Assembly (NCBI GenBank): GCA_042218125.1
Contig: JBDGRN010000016.1
Location: forward strand, 3,408 to 67,407
DNA length: 64,000 nt
From: Halobacteria archaeon
Lineage (GTDB): Archaea; Halobacteriota; Halobacteria; Halobacteriales; Halorutilaceae
Direction: 5' to 3'
Shown here one piece after another: positions 46,675 to 54,837 of this stretch. The notes below the pieces were generated by a model. That model saw only the letters and a list, made by a program, of their open reading frames with translations, ran no database searches and was not told the DNA's origin. The first letter of the stretch is position 1; the number at the start of each line of letters is the position of its first letter. Made by a program: the position numbers and the translations under genes.

Positions 46675-47811
46675 ATGCGGTTTTTACGAGACCCCAGGCT
46701 TGAGAAAATCGCTGAAAAAATTGATGACGGAGAACGTCTTTCAAGAGAGGATGGATTAGCTATCTACGAAACCGACGATCTCCTTGGCCTGGGTGCAGTC
46801 GCCGACAGATTCCGGCGGGAAAAAGTCGGAGACGAGGTCTACTTCTCGATAAACAAGAAGATGTATCACACTAACGTCTGCGCCCTCGACTGTGACTTCT
46901 GCGCTTTCTACGAAAAACCCGGGAGCGAGGACGCGATAGAGAAAGAGCCAGAGGAGGTGGGGAGGGAGGCAGCCAGGTACAGGGACCTTATAAGCTCTGT
47001 TCATATAGTGGGGGGTCAACATCCCGGGTGGAGGATCGGTTACTTCGAGGATATGTTCCGTGAGATAAAAAACCGGGCTCCCGATATACACGTGAAGGCG
47101 TTGACTGCGAGCGAGATACACTGGATAGCGAAGGTCAGCGACGTGTCGGTCGAGGAGACGTTGAGAAGGCTCCATGACGCCGGACTCGACAGCCTTCCGG
47201 GCGGAGGTGCCGAGATATTTGTACCCGAGGTTCGAGAGGAGATCTGTCCCGAAAAGATGGACGCCGACGGTTGGATTGATGTTCACCGCACCGCTCACCG
47301 TCTCGGCATAAACACCAATGCCACGATGCTTTACGGACATATAGAGGAGCCGGAACACAGGGTCGATCATCTCCTAAGACTCCGGGAGCTACAGGACGAG
47401 ACGGAGGGATTCAAATGTTTCATACCACTCTCCTACCAGACAGATAACAACCAGCTTCAGGAGAAGGTCGAGTACGGTGCAACGGGGCGTCTCGATACCA
47501 AGACTATAGCGGCGGCAAGACTTCTTCTGGACAACTTTCCCGGCATCCGTGCGTACAGGATGGTTCTGGGAAGCAAGCTCTGTCAGGTCGGTCTCGACTA
47601 CGGCGCAAACGACATCGGTGGGAGCCTGATGGAGGAGAAGATACAGAAGGACGCCGGCTCCGGCTCTCGGGTTGACGTGGGCAGGGAGGAAATGGTTCAT
47701 CTAGTGCGGGACGCCGGAAAGGTTCCGGTCGAAAGGAACGAGATGTACGACGTGGTGCAGAGGTTCGATGGCTCCGGAGAAGGCGTTGAGGGCGAGGTTT
47801 CGGGGGACTGA
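46675..47811 (+). CDS. Radical SAM enzyme of the MqnE/MqnC/CofH family (probably futalosine-pathway menaquinone biosynthesis)
   Basis: Cluster motif CALDCDFCAF preceded by YHTNVC. The N-terminal region (RLSREDGLAIYETDDLLGLGAVADRFRREKVGDEVYF) resembles aminofutalosine/dehypoxanthine-futalosine synthases. The subfamily cannot be resolved by eye. Confidence 0.7.
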   Translation: MRFLRDPRLEKIAEKIDDGERLSREDGLAIYETDDLLGLGAVADRFRREKVGDEVYFSINKKMYHTNVCALDCDFCAFYEKPGSEDAIEKEPEEVGREAARYRDLISSVHIVGGQHPGWRIGYFEDMFREIKNRAPDIHVKALTASEIHWIAKVSDVSVEETLRRLHDAGLDSLPGGGAEIFVPEVREEICPEKMDADGWIDVHRTAHRLGINTNATMLYGHIEEPEHRVDHLLRLRELQDETEGFKCFIPLSYQTDNNQLQEKVEYGATGRLDTKTIAAARLLLDNFPGIRAYRMVLGSKLCQVGLDYGANDIGGSLMEEKIQKDAGSGSRVDVGREEMVHLVRDAGKVPVERNEMYDVVQRFDGSGEGVEGEVSGD

Positions 47812-47823
47812 ACCCGATTTTTA

Positions 47824-47891
47824 ATGTTGGATTGAGTTTAGTGTTGGATTGAGTTTAGTGTTGGATTGAGTTTAGTGTCGGAATGAGCTGA
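47824..47891. repeat. Tandem repeat, 17-bp unit (GTGTTGGATTGAGTTTA), 4 copies
   Basis: Copies at 47824, 47841, 47858 and 47875, the last diverged. The array starts immediately downstream of the radical SAM gene stop. Confidence 0.95.
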
Positions 47892-48109
47892 GTATTGTAA
47901 ATAGATTTCAACTCAACTTTCGATATTCTTCTACTTTAGGTAAATTAAAAGAAAAACATTAATCTTGGAATCTTGACTCCATGGCCCGTCCGGAATTCTA
48001 TATTATTATGGACGATATATATAGTTAAATAGATATCTATAAACTATTTCCCACAGGTATTAGTGGACCCCCATGCAATACAACTTTGTAAACCGAGTTA
48101 CTGCAATAC

Positions 48110-48886
48110 ATGACTGGCCTGATATTCCAACCTGAAATCATCCTGTTGATCACAACTGTCGTGTTCTTTAGTGCTGTCGTAAAGGGGATAACGGGTTTTG
48201 GTTACGCCACCATCAGCACCTCAATTCTCGCGCTGTTCATAAACCCTACAACTGCAGTTGTTCTAATGATCGTTCCGGATATGTTTGCGAACTTCACGCT
48301 AGTTACCACTATAGATACCTCTCGTGTCAAGGAGGGCGTGGTCACTTTCTGGCCACATCTACTTACTGGCCTCGTCGGAGCTGTCGTCGGAATGTTGATC
48401 CATGACGTGGTGTCAGAAGACCTGATGCACGTCATTTTGGGTGTGATGGTGTTGCTGTACGTAGTTGCGGAGCTGGAGATATTCTACAAACTGAAGAAAG
48501 GTATCAAGGTGTTTTTCTCAGAGGGGACGCCGACCCAGGTCGGTATGGGTTCAGCTGGAGGTCTGGTGTTCGGAAGTGCAAACATAGATATTCTGGCTAT
48601 TCTGTACTACGACGGGGTGCCGATAGATAAGGAGATGTTTGTGGCCATGGTCGTCGTATTCTCGATAGGTGTCGACCTTTCCCGTATTATTTCCGGGTTT
48701 GTTTTTGGAATTATCCCACATGTTGACTTTGTTTTACTGTCTGTTGGTGTAGGTCTGGCGGGTGTCGTAGGAACCTATATAGGATCCAAGACACGAAAAT
48801 GGGTCTCCGTATCCATGGTAAACAGGATTGTTCTGGCTCTTCTGGTGTTCGTGGGTCTGAAACTGGCGTACGACGGGATATTCTGA
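48110..48886 (+). CDS. TauE/SafE (TSUP, DUF81) family anion exporter-like membrane protein
   Basis: 258 aa, about 8 TM helices, with an N-terminal VVKGITGFGYATISTSILAL signature. Confidence 0.7.
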   Translation: MTGLIFQPEIILLITTVVFFSAVVKGITGFGYATISTSILALFINPTTAVVLMIVPDMFANFTLVTTIDTSRVKEGVVTFWPHLLTGLVGAVVGMLIHDVVSEDLMHVILGVMVLLYVVAELEIFYKLKKGIKVFFSEGTPTQVGMGSAGGLVFGSANIDILAILYYDGVPIDKEMFVAMVVVFSIGVDLSRIISGFVFGIIPHVDFVLLSVGVGLAGVVGTYIGSKTRKWVSVSMVNRIVLALLVFVGLKLAYDGIF

Positions 48887-49109
48887 TGGTTAAAGGGTTA
48901 TGTGGATAGTGTGATGGTTAATAGGTTATCTGGGTGTCGGAGTATATAATGGTTATTCGGCATGCCTGTTAAAATACGGTTTATATTAAGCCGTACTACA
49001 TCACACTTCAACAAAATTTATAGAAATATGGAGTTCAATATATATTATTGTGCAGTCTATATATTTCAATCCATAGCTTTATGTTTTTAGGGAAAAATGG
49101 TTGATATAA

Positions 49110-49841
49110 ATGCAGATGAACCACCGTAAGGCATCCCGGATAGGGGAGGAAGGTCTGCTTGATTTCGGCGACGAACTCCGGAAACGACATTTTACAGTAG
49201 ACCCAGGAAACTGGGCCGATACCTATATCATTGGAGATGTTCACGGATGTTACTCGGAACTCCAAAAACTTCTCAGAAAGATAGATCCCGCCAGGAACAC
49301 CCTTCTCATCTTCGTCGGCGACTTGATAAGGAAGGGTCCGGACAGCAGTTCTGTGATCGACACCGTCCGGGAGAACGACAATATGGTTTCCGTCCTCGGA
49401 AACAACGAGGCAAAGGTGTTGAGGGACGACGCCGAACCCGGATGGCTACAGGACTCCGACGTCGATTTTATTCAGGGTATGCCGGTCGCGGTTTCCTGGA
49501 GTGACGGACTCGTCGTTCACGGCGGCATCGATCCACGACTTGATCCGGAAGAACATACCCTTAAGGACCTGACCGAGATGCGTGACATGTATGGAGGTGG
49601 GTACGATGGCACGTTCTGGTGGGAGGAGTACGAGGGTGATAGAGAGGTATTTTTCGGCCATACCGTACTCACAAAACCGATAAGGGACGGTAACGCCGTC
49701 GGTCTTGACACCGGATGCGTCTACGGCGGTCAGCTGACAGCATACCACCTCGACACCTCGACCTTCGTTACCGTCGAACCGGAGGAGAAGTACCTCCACA
49801 GGAGTGCCGATTCGGTGGTTGGTGAGGGAAACCTCGAATGA
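49110..49841 (+). CDS. Calcineurin-like metallophosphoesterase (ApaH/PrpA-like Ser/Thr phosphatase or diadenosine tetraphosphatase type)
   Basis: Motifs GDVHGC, GDLIRKGPDS, GNNE, VVHGG and GHT in the canonical order. Confidence 0.8.
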   Translation: MQMNHRKASRIGEEGLLDFGDELRKRHFTVDPGNWADTYIIGDVHGCYSELQKLLRKIDPARNTLLIFVGDLIRKGPDSSSVIDTVRENDNMVSVLGNNEAKVLRDDAEPGWLQDSDVDFIQGMPVAVSWSDGLVVHGGIDPRLDPEEHTLKDLTEMRDMYGGGYDGTFWWEEYEGDREVFFGHTVLTKPIRDGNAVGLDTGCVYGGQLTAYHLDTSTFVTVEPEEKYLHRSADSVVGEGNLE

Positions 49842-49888
49842 TACGACAAAAAGCGAACCTACAGTACAAATCCAGGGGATAAACAAAA

Positions 49889-51982
49889 ATGTCTGATTCT
49901 GATACTGACATTGCCCTAGACGACACGAAGTACTACCTCAACCGGGAACTGAGTGAACTTGAGTTCCAGAAACGCGTACTGGACGAGGCTCTCGATGATG
50001 AGAACCCGTTGTTGGAGAGGGTGAAGTTTCTCGCGATCTTCACCACCAACATGGACGAGTTCTTCAGGAAAAGAGTAGGGGGGCTAAAACAACAGATACA
50101 CGCAGACGTGACGGAGACTACGCCGGACGGAATGACTCCAGGGGAACAGTGGGATGTAACACTCGAGGAGTCCCGAAGTATGTTCCAGGAACACGAGGAA
50201 TGTTACCGGCAGCAAGTTAAGCCGTTACTCGCAGACGCCGGAATACATATACTCGACTACGGTGACCTCGACAGGAGCGAGGAAGAGGATCTACGTGAAT
50301 ATATGAGGGAGTCGATACTACCGACACTTACTCCCCTTACGTTCGACTCCGCACATCCATTTCCGTTCATCTCCAACCTTAGTCTGTCTATAGGGGCACT
50401 CACGAAACGGGAGGATGAAGACGAATCCAAGTTTTCACGTATCAAGATACCCGAGAACCGCCCACGTATAATACAGGTAGACGACCCCGGAGAGGTGCCG
50501 GGAGAGGGCGACTCCGCACAACGATACGTTCTCTTAGAGGAGATTATAAGAAACAACCTGGATCTCGTCTTCCCGAACGTCGACGTCCTGGGACACGGAA
50601 TGTTCCGCGTAACCAGGAACGCCGAGGTAGGAAGCAACGAGGACGTTGCTGAGGACCTCATAGATATGATCGAGGACGTACTGAGACAGAGAAGGTTCGC
50701 CGCGGTCGTGAGGCTTGAGGTTACTGAAGATGTCCCCGAAAAGGCTGTGGAGGTACTGAAGGAACAGCTTGAGCTTGAGGAAAAGGAGATCTACAGGCTA
50801 CAGGGACCGCTCGACATGAGGGATCTAATGGATCTTCACGGAATCGATAGACCGGAACTGAAGAGGAGGAAATGGTGTCCACAGCCCCATCCACGGTTCC
50901 AGGGCATGGGGGAGGGAGATATATTCGATGAGATTCGTAAGAAAGACGTTCTACTTCACCATCCATACCACAGTTTCGACGATACGGTAAAAAGATTCTT
51001 CGAGGAGGCGGCGAACGACCCCGACGTGCTTGCTATAAAGTTAGCTATCTACAGGACTGCTCCCGACAGCGAGATAATAGAGTCGATAATCGAGGCGGCG
51101 AGGAACGGTAAACAGGTCGCAGTTATGGTGGAGATAAAAGCACGTTTCGACGAGGAGAAAAACCTTCAGTGGGTCGAGCGTCTTGAGAGCGAGGGTATAC
51201 ATGTCGCTTACGGGACGCCGGGATACAAGACCCATACCAAGACTGCGATGGTGGTGAGGGAGGAGGAGGAGGAGGACGCCACACGTATATACAGCCACGT
51301 CGCGACCGGAAACTACCACAGTGAAACAGCTAAACAGTACAGCGACCTCGGACTTCTCACCGTCGACAGGGAGATCGGCCATGATCTTACCAAGGTTTTC
51401 GACTACTTCACGGGACATTCATACCACACGGAGTACGATAAACTCCTCGTCGCACCTGGAAACATGCGGGAAAAGTTCAAGGAACTGATCCGGAACGAGG
51501 CACATCCCGATGGAGTAATACAGGTCAAGATCAACCGGTTAGAGGACCCTGAACTCGTCAGAGAGCTTTACGAAGCATCGGCAGCGGGTTGTGACATAGA
51601 CCTGATCGTCAGGGATATCTGTCGTCTACGTCCTGGACTCGAGGGCGTGAGCGAGAACGTCGAGGTCAGGAGTATCGTCGGAAGGTTTCTTGAACACGAC
51701 AGGATATACTACTTCGGGGGAGACGACCCGGGATTCTACCTAGGAAGCGCGGACTGGATGGTTAGGAACCTTGACAAACGGGTGGAGGCCGTGACTCCGG
51801 TGGAGGATCCGGAAGCGCAGGAGGAGCTAAGAACGATACTTGAAGTAATGATGGAGGACAACCGAAACGCATGGAGGATGAACTCCGACGGTGGTTACAC
51901 CAGAATAGAGCCTGGGGAGGATGAGGAGTCCGCCGATGGCCATATCGACCTAATGGAGAAAGCGGAGAGGGAGAGGATATAG
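49889..51982 (+). CDS. ppk1: Polyphosphate kinase 1
   Basis: 697 aa with an N-terminal YLNRELSELEFQKRVL, a phospho-His region GYKTHTKTAMVVRE and C-terminal PLD-like RFLEHDRIYYF. Confidence 0.9.
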   Translation: MSDSDTDIALDDTKYYLNRELSELEFQKRVLDEALDDENPLLERVKFLAIFTTNMDEFFRKRVGGLKQQIHADVTETTPDGMTPGEQWDVTLEESRSMFQEHEECYRQQVKPLLADAGIHILDYGDLDRSEEEDLREYMRESILPTLTPLTFDSAHPFPFISNLSLSIGALTKREDEDESKFSRIKIPENRPRIIQVDDPGEVPGEGDSAQRYVLLEEIIRNNLDLVFPNVDVLGHGMFRVTRNAEVGSNEDVAEDLIDMIEDVLRQRRFAAVVRLEVTEDVPEKAVEVLKEQLELEEKEIYRLQGPLDMRDLMDLHGIDRPELKRRKWCPQPHPRFQGMGEGDIFDEIRKKDVLLHHPYHSFDDTVKRFFEEAANDPDVLAIKLAIYRTAPDSEIIESIIEAARNGKQVAVMVEIKARFDEEKNLQWVERLESEGIHVAYGTPGYKTHTKTAMVVREEEEEDATRIYSHVATGNYHSETAKQYSDLGLLTVDREIGHDLTKVFDYFTGHSYHTEYDKLLVAPGNMREKFKELIRNEAHPDGVIQVKINRLEDPELVRELYEASAAGCDIDLIVRDICRLRPGLEGVSENVEVRSIVGRFLEHDRIYYFGGDDPGFYLGSADWMVRNLDKRVEAVTPVEDPEAQEELRTILEVMMEDNRNAWRMNSDGGYTRIEPGEDEESADGHIDLMEKAERERI

Positions 51983-52031
51983 GGAAATATACACGTTTTC
52001 ATAAACATCCTGAGATATGCTTTAAAAAACA

Positions 52032-52244
52032 GTGGTTTTGTTCAAGACAGTCGATGGTGACTGGGTAGATACGAACCTCGGAAACGGTGACGGACTGTTC
52101 GCCTCGATACAGACGTACAACGGTAACGATGCCGTCGGACTGAGGAAGTCGGGGTCCGAACTCAGGATGCAGGAAGAACAGAGCAGTGATTCGGAGACGG
52201 GTCACACGACGGAGGCAGTTGGTTACGTGAAGTTCGACGGTTAA
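52032..52244 (+). CDS. Possible small ORF or domain remnant (70 aa)
   Basis: GTG start. The C-terminal half (QTYNGNDAVGLRKSGSELRMQEEQSSDSETGHTTEAVGYVKFDG) loosely resembles the C-terminal lectin-like module of the 1013-aa protein. It could be a gene fragment. Confidence 0.25.
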   Translation: MVLFKTVDGDWVDTNLGNGDGLFASIQTYNGNDAVGLRKSGSELRMQEEQSSDSETGHTTEAVGYVKFDG

Positions 52245-52321
52245 CCGACTGACACCGTAAACTGAAGGTCCGAAATACATCCTAACTGCTCCCGTCCCGG
52301 GTATGGTTTAACTGTCTACAG

Positions 52322-52759
52322 GTGGATATTGGGATAAGTTTGAGCTACTACAAGTTCACCTGTGACTACGGCGAGGAAAAGGAGTGTTTTGCGAGAAACC
52401 TTCTTGGTGTAGAGAAAGAGTACAAGAACGAGTTCGGTGTCAATGAGGGAGACGTCCTGTTCCTCCACAACACCGGTGGATTCATGGAACTCATCTACGG
52501 ACCCTTTGTTGCCGAAACCTATCCCCGGTTAGATATGGTAAAAGGTGCATTCGACGGGAATATGAGATGGCAGGTGAGTTTCGACTGGGAAGACCACGTC
52601 TACTCCGCGAGGGTAGGTGATCTTTACCGCCACAGTCGGAAACCCGAATTCGACCTGGTAAACGAACCCAGACGTCTAGAAGAGAACGAGGGTGAATGGC
52701 TGGTCGAGACGTTGGAACAGGGCAAAAAGGAGATAACATACGTCTACGGTACTAACTGA
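52322..52759 (+). CDS. PUA-like (DCD/EVE/YTH-like) domain protein
   Basis: GTG start. Three blocks match the DCD-type pattern: YYKFTCDYGEEKECFARNLLGV, GDVLFLHNTGGFMELIYGPFVAET and MRWQVSF. Confidence 0.5.
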   Translation: MDIGISLSYYKFTCDYGEEKECFARNLLGVEKEYKNEFGVNEGDVLFLHNTGGFMELIYGPFVAETYPRLDMVKGAFDGNMRWQVSFDWEDHVYSARVGDLYRHSRKPEFDLVNEPRRLEENEGEWLVETLEQGKKEITYVYGTN

Positions 52760-52876
52760 GGGATCTTTACGTGTATGGTATTGACTGATTTAACTCTATG
52801 AAATACCGGACGTAATGATGAAATACCGTACGGAATGAGAGCTAAATGAAGGTTGGTCGATACTGCTGTTTTTTTA

Positions 52877-53353
52877 TTAGGACTCCATCCTTTTCTCCCT
52901 GTATCCCGTGAGTTCGTCTGGTTCCAGTCTGTAGAACCGGAAATCCACCTCACGTGATGGCTTACCGAACATATCCATCAGGGGCAGGTCTACCCTCTCA
53001 AAAGCCTGTAGAGATTCAGTGTCGCCGGACTTTCCGACTTCGACAAGTTTTCCATGCGCCACCACGCTTCTCCATCCGTTTTCCGTCTCGTTGACCGTCA
53101 CGAAGGATGCGTGGACTTTTTCGTCGACGAACTCATCCACTTGCTGGTCGAAAACCTCTTTCTTCCGGCTCTCCGGATCGACTTCTAACCGGAAGTAGAA
53201 CTTCCGTTCCAACGAGTCGTATCCATATGAAACCGGTATCGTATGTGGTGGTTCTCCCCGTGACGTGGAGAAAGAGATCACTCCCACACCTCCAACTCCA
53301 AGGAATTCGTCGACCTCATCTTCCTCCATCTTAAGGTGATCCATGTCGCTCAT
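52877..53353 (-). CDS. Pyridoxamine 5'-phosphate oxidase-family FMN-binding split-barrel protein
   Basis: 158 aa, EVDEFLGVGGVGVISFSTSRGEPPHTIPVSYGYD...FYFRL, typical of the PNPOx-like family. Confidence 0.7.
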   Translation of the reverse strand: MSDMDHLKMEEDEVDEFLGVGGVGVISFSTSRGEPPHTIPVSYGYDSLERKFYFRLEVDPESRKKEVFDQQVDEFVDEKVHASFVTVNETENGWRSVVAHGKLVEVGKSGDTESLQAFERVDLPLMDMFGKPSREVDFRFYRLEPDELTGYREKRMES

Positions 53354-53524
53354 CGTAAAAAATTACGTGTGGAGCAAAATAAACTCCTGGCCATCATATC
53401 AAAAAATGGATTAAGTAAACCGAATCCGGGGGGATCTTGGTACTACCGATGATAACTTTAAACCGTTTTCAGTAGCCGGGCTACCCATCAGGTTTAAATC
53501 TGTAGAAATAAAATCCCGGTCTGC

Positions 53525-53980
53525 ATGCTCTGGATAACTGTCGTAATCGGGGTAGTTGCAGGTATTCTCCAGATATACCTCTTCCATACACCTGTCGTTA
53601 AATCGCTCTTACTTTGGATAATACTGTTTGGTATCGGTGTTCGAGGTGTTATTTCCTTCTACGGACTCTATTTTATGCCCGACAAAATAGCCGATAAAAT
53701 AGGTTTTCCGAAGGGAAATCCGTTCCAGCGGGAGGTTGCGTTCGCAAACCTTGGGTGGGGTGTAACCGGTTTACTTGCCTTCTTCTTTAGGGGGAACTTC
53801 TGGGCAGCAGTAGTGATAGGAAGATCGGTATTTCTCTACGGTGCTGCCTGGGGACATATCAAGGAGTACCGGGAGGAGGGCAATACCAGTCCCAAGAATA
53901 TAGGGCCACAACTTTGGTTCGGGGACATAACCGTTCCGACTGTCCTTCTGATACTTCTGGTTCTCTACCAGTTTACATAA
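53525..53980 (+). CDS. Membrane protein, unknown function (4 TM)
   Basis: 151-aa hydrophobic ORF. Confidence 0.55.
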   Translation: MLWITVVIGVVAGILQIYLFHTPVVKSLLLWIILFGIGVRGVISFYGLYFMPDKIADKIGFPKGNPFQREVAFANLGWGVTGLLAFFFRGNFWAAVVIGRSVFLYGAAWGHIKEYREEGNTSPKNIGPQLWFGDITVPTVLLILLVLYQFT

Positions 53981-53997
53981 CTTCAGTATCGTAGACA

Positions 53998-54098
53998 GGG
54001 AAACAGGTCATACTGTTAACACGATTATACATTGGGAAACAGGTCATACTGTTAACACGATTATACATTGGGAAACACATGGGATACCGTTAAAACGA
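53998..54098. repeat. Tandem repeat, 36-bp unit (GGGAAACAGGTCATACTGTTAACACGATTATACATT), about 2.8 copies
   Basis: Copies at 53998 and 54034 are identical. The copy at 54070 is diverged or partial. The array lies between convergent genes. Confidence 0.95.
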
Positions 54099-54121
54099 CA
54101 AACGTTTCGATGAAGTCCAAG

Positions 54122-54715
54122 TTATCCGAACTTGTTAGTGATCCAGTCCACGATGCTGGGCGGATCCTTGGAATAGTTTTTGGGTGATGTCTCCGAACCG
54201 GCGTTTTCGAGCATATTTTGTGTATCTTCGGTGTTTTCGGTGGTATTTTTTAAGGTTTCCTGGGTGCTTTTAGCCGTTTCCTGCGCCTTACGTCTGGATT
54301 TCGCTAAATCTTTCCCTTGCTTCGCTCGTTCCGTGGCGTTGTCGAGCGCGGACCCCGATTTCTTCGTAGCTTCAGCGAGCTGGTCCATGGTTTCCGCGGA
54401 CTGCTCTGCCGACTCGCTTAACTTGTCGGCTCTGCTACCGGTTTTGTTAGCCATCTTCCCTACCGGGTTGTCATTTCCCAGTACGTCCCCTACCGAGTTG
54501 GCGATGTCTCCGAAACCGTCAGTTATACCACCAATAGCTTCAGCGGTAGATCTCCATACCTCTGCGGCTTTCTCCACACCCTTACCAATACCCCTGACGT
54601 TATCGCCGAACTCTCCTGACCCATCGGAAGCAGCCGAAGTAACAGTGACAGTGGAAGGTAGGATGGAAACCGAGATGGTGAGAACTACAAGCAAAAACGC
54701 AGCTTTTCGTATCAT
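54122..54715 (-). CDS. Secreted alpha-helical low-complexity protein
   Basis: Signal peptide MIRKAAFLLVVLTISVSILPSTVTVTSAAS, followed by A/E/K/S/T-rich helical repeats. Confidence 0.55.
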   Translation of the reverse strand: MIRKAAFLLVVLTISVSILPSTVTVTSAASDGSGEFGDNVRGIGKGVEKAAEVWRSTAEAIGGITDGFGDIANSVGDVLGNDNPVGKMANKTGSRADKLSESAEQSAETMDQLAEATKKSGSALDNATERAKQGKDLAKSRRKAQETAKSTQETLKNTTENTEDTQNMLENAGSETSPKNYSKDPPSIVDWITNKFG

Positions 54716-54837
54716 AATGTTGGTTTCGTATTCAACTTATTAAACTCTACGAGTGTTTAATAAAGTTATTCAAACTGGGAAAATCCAACTACCTTTGTGC
54801 AGTACAGCAAAACATAGCAGGAAAATATATAACTTCT

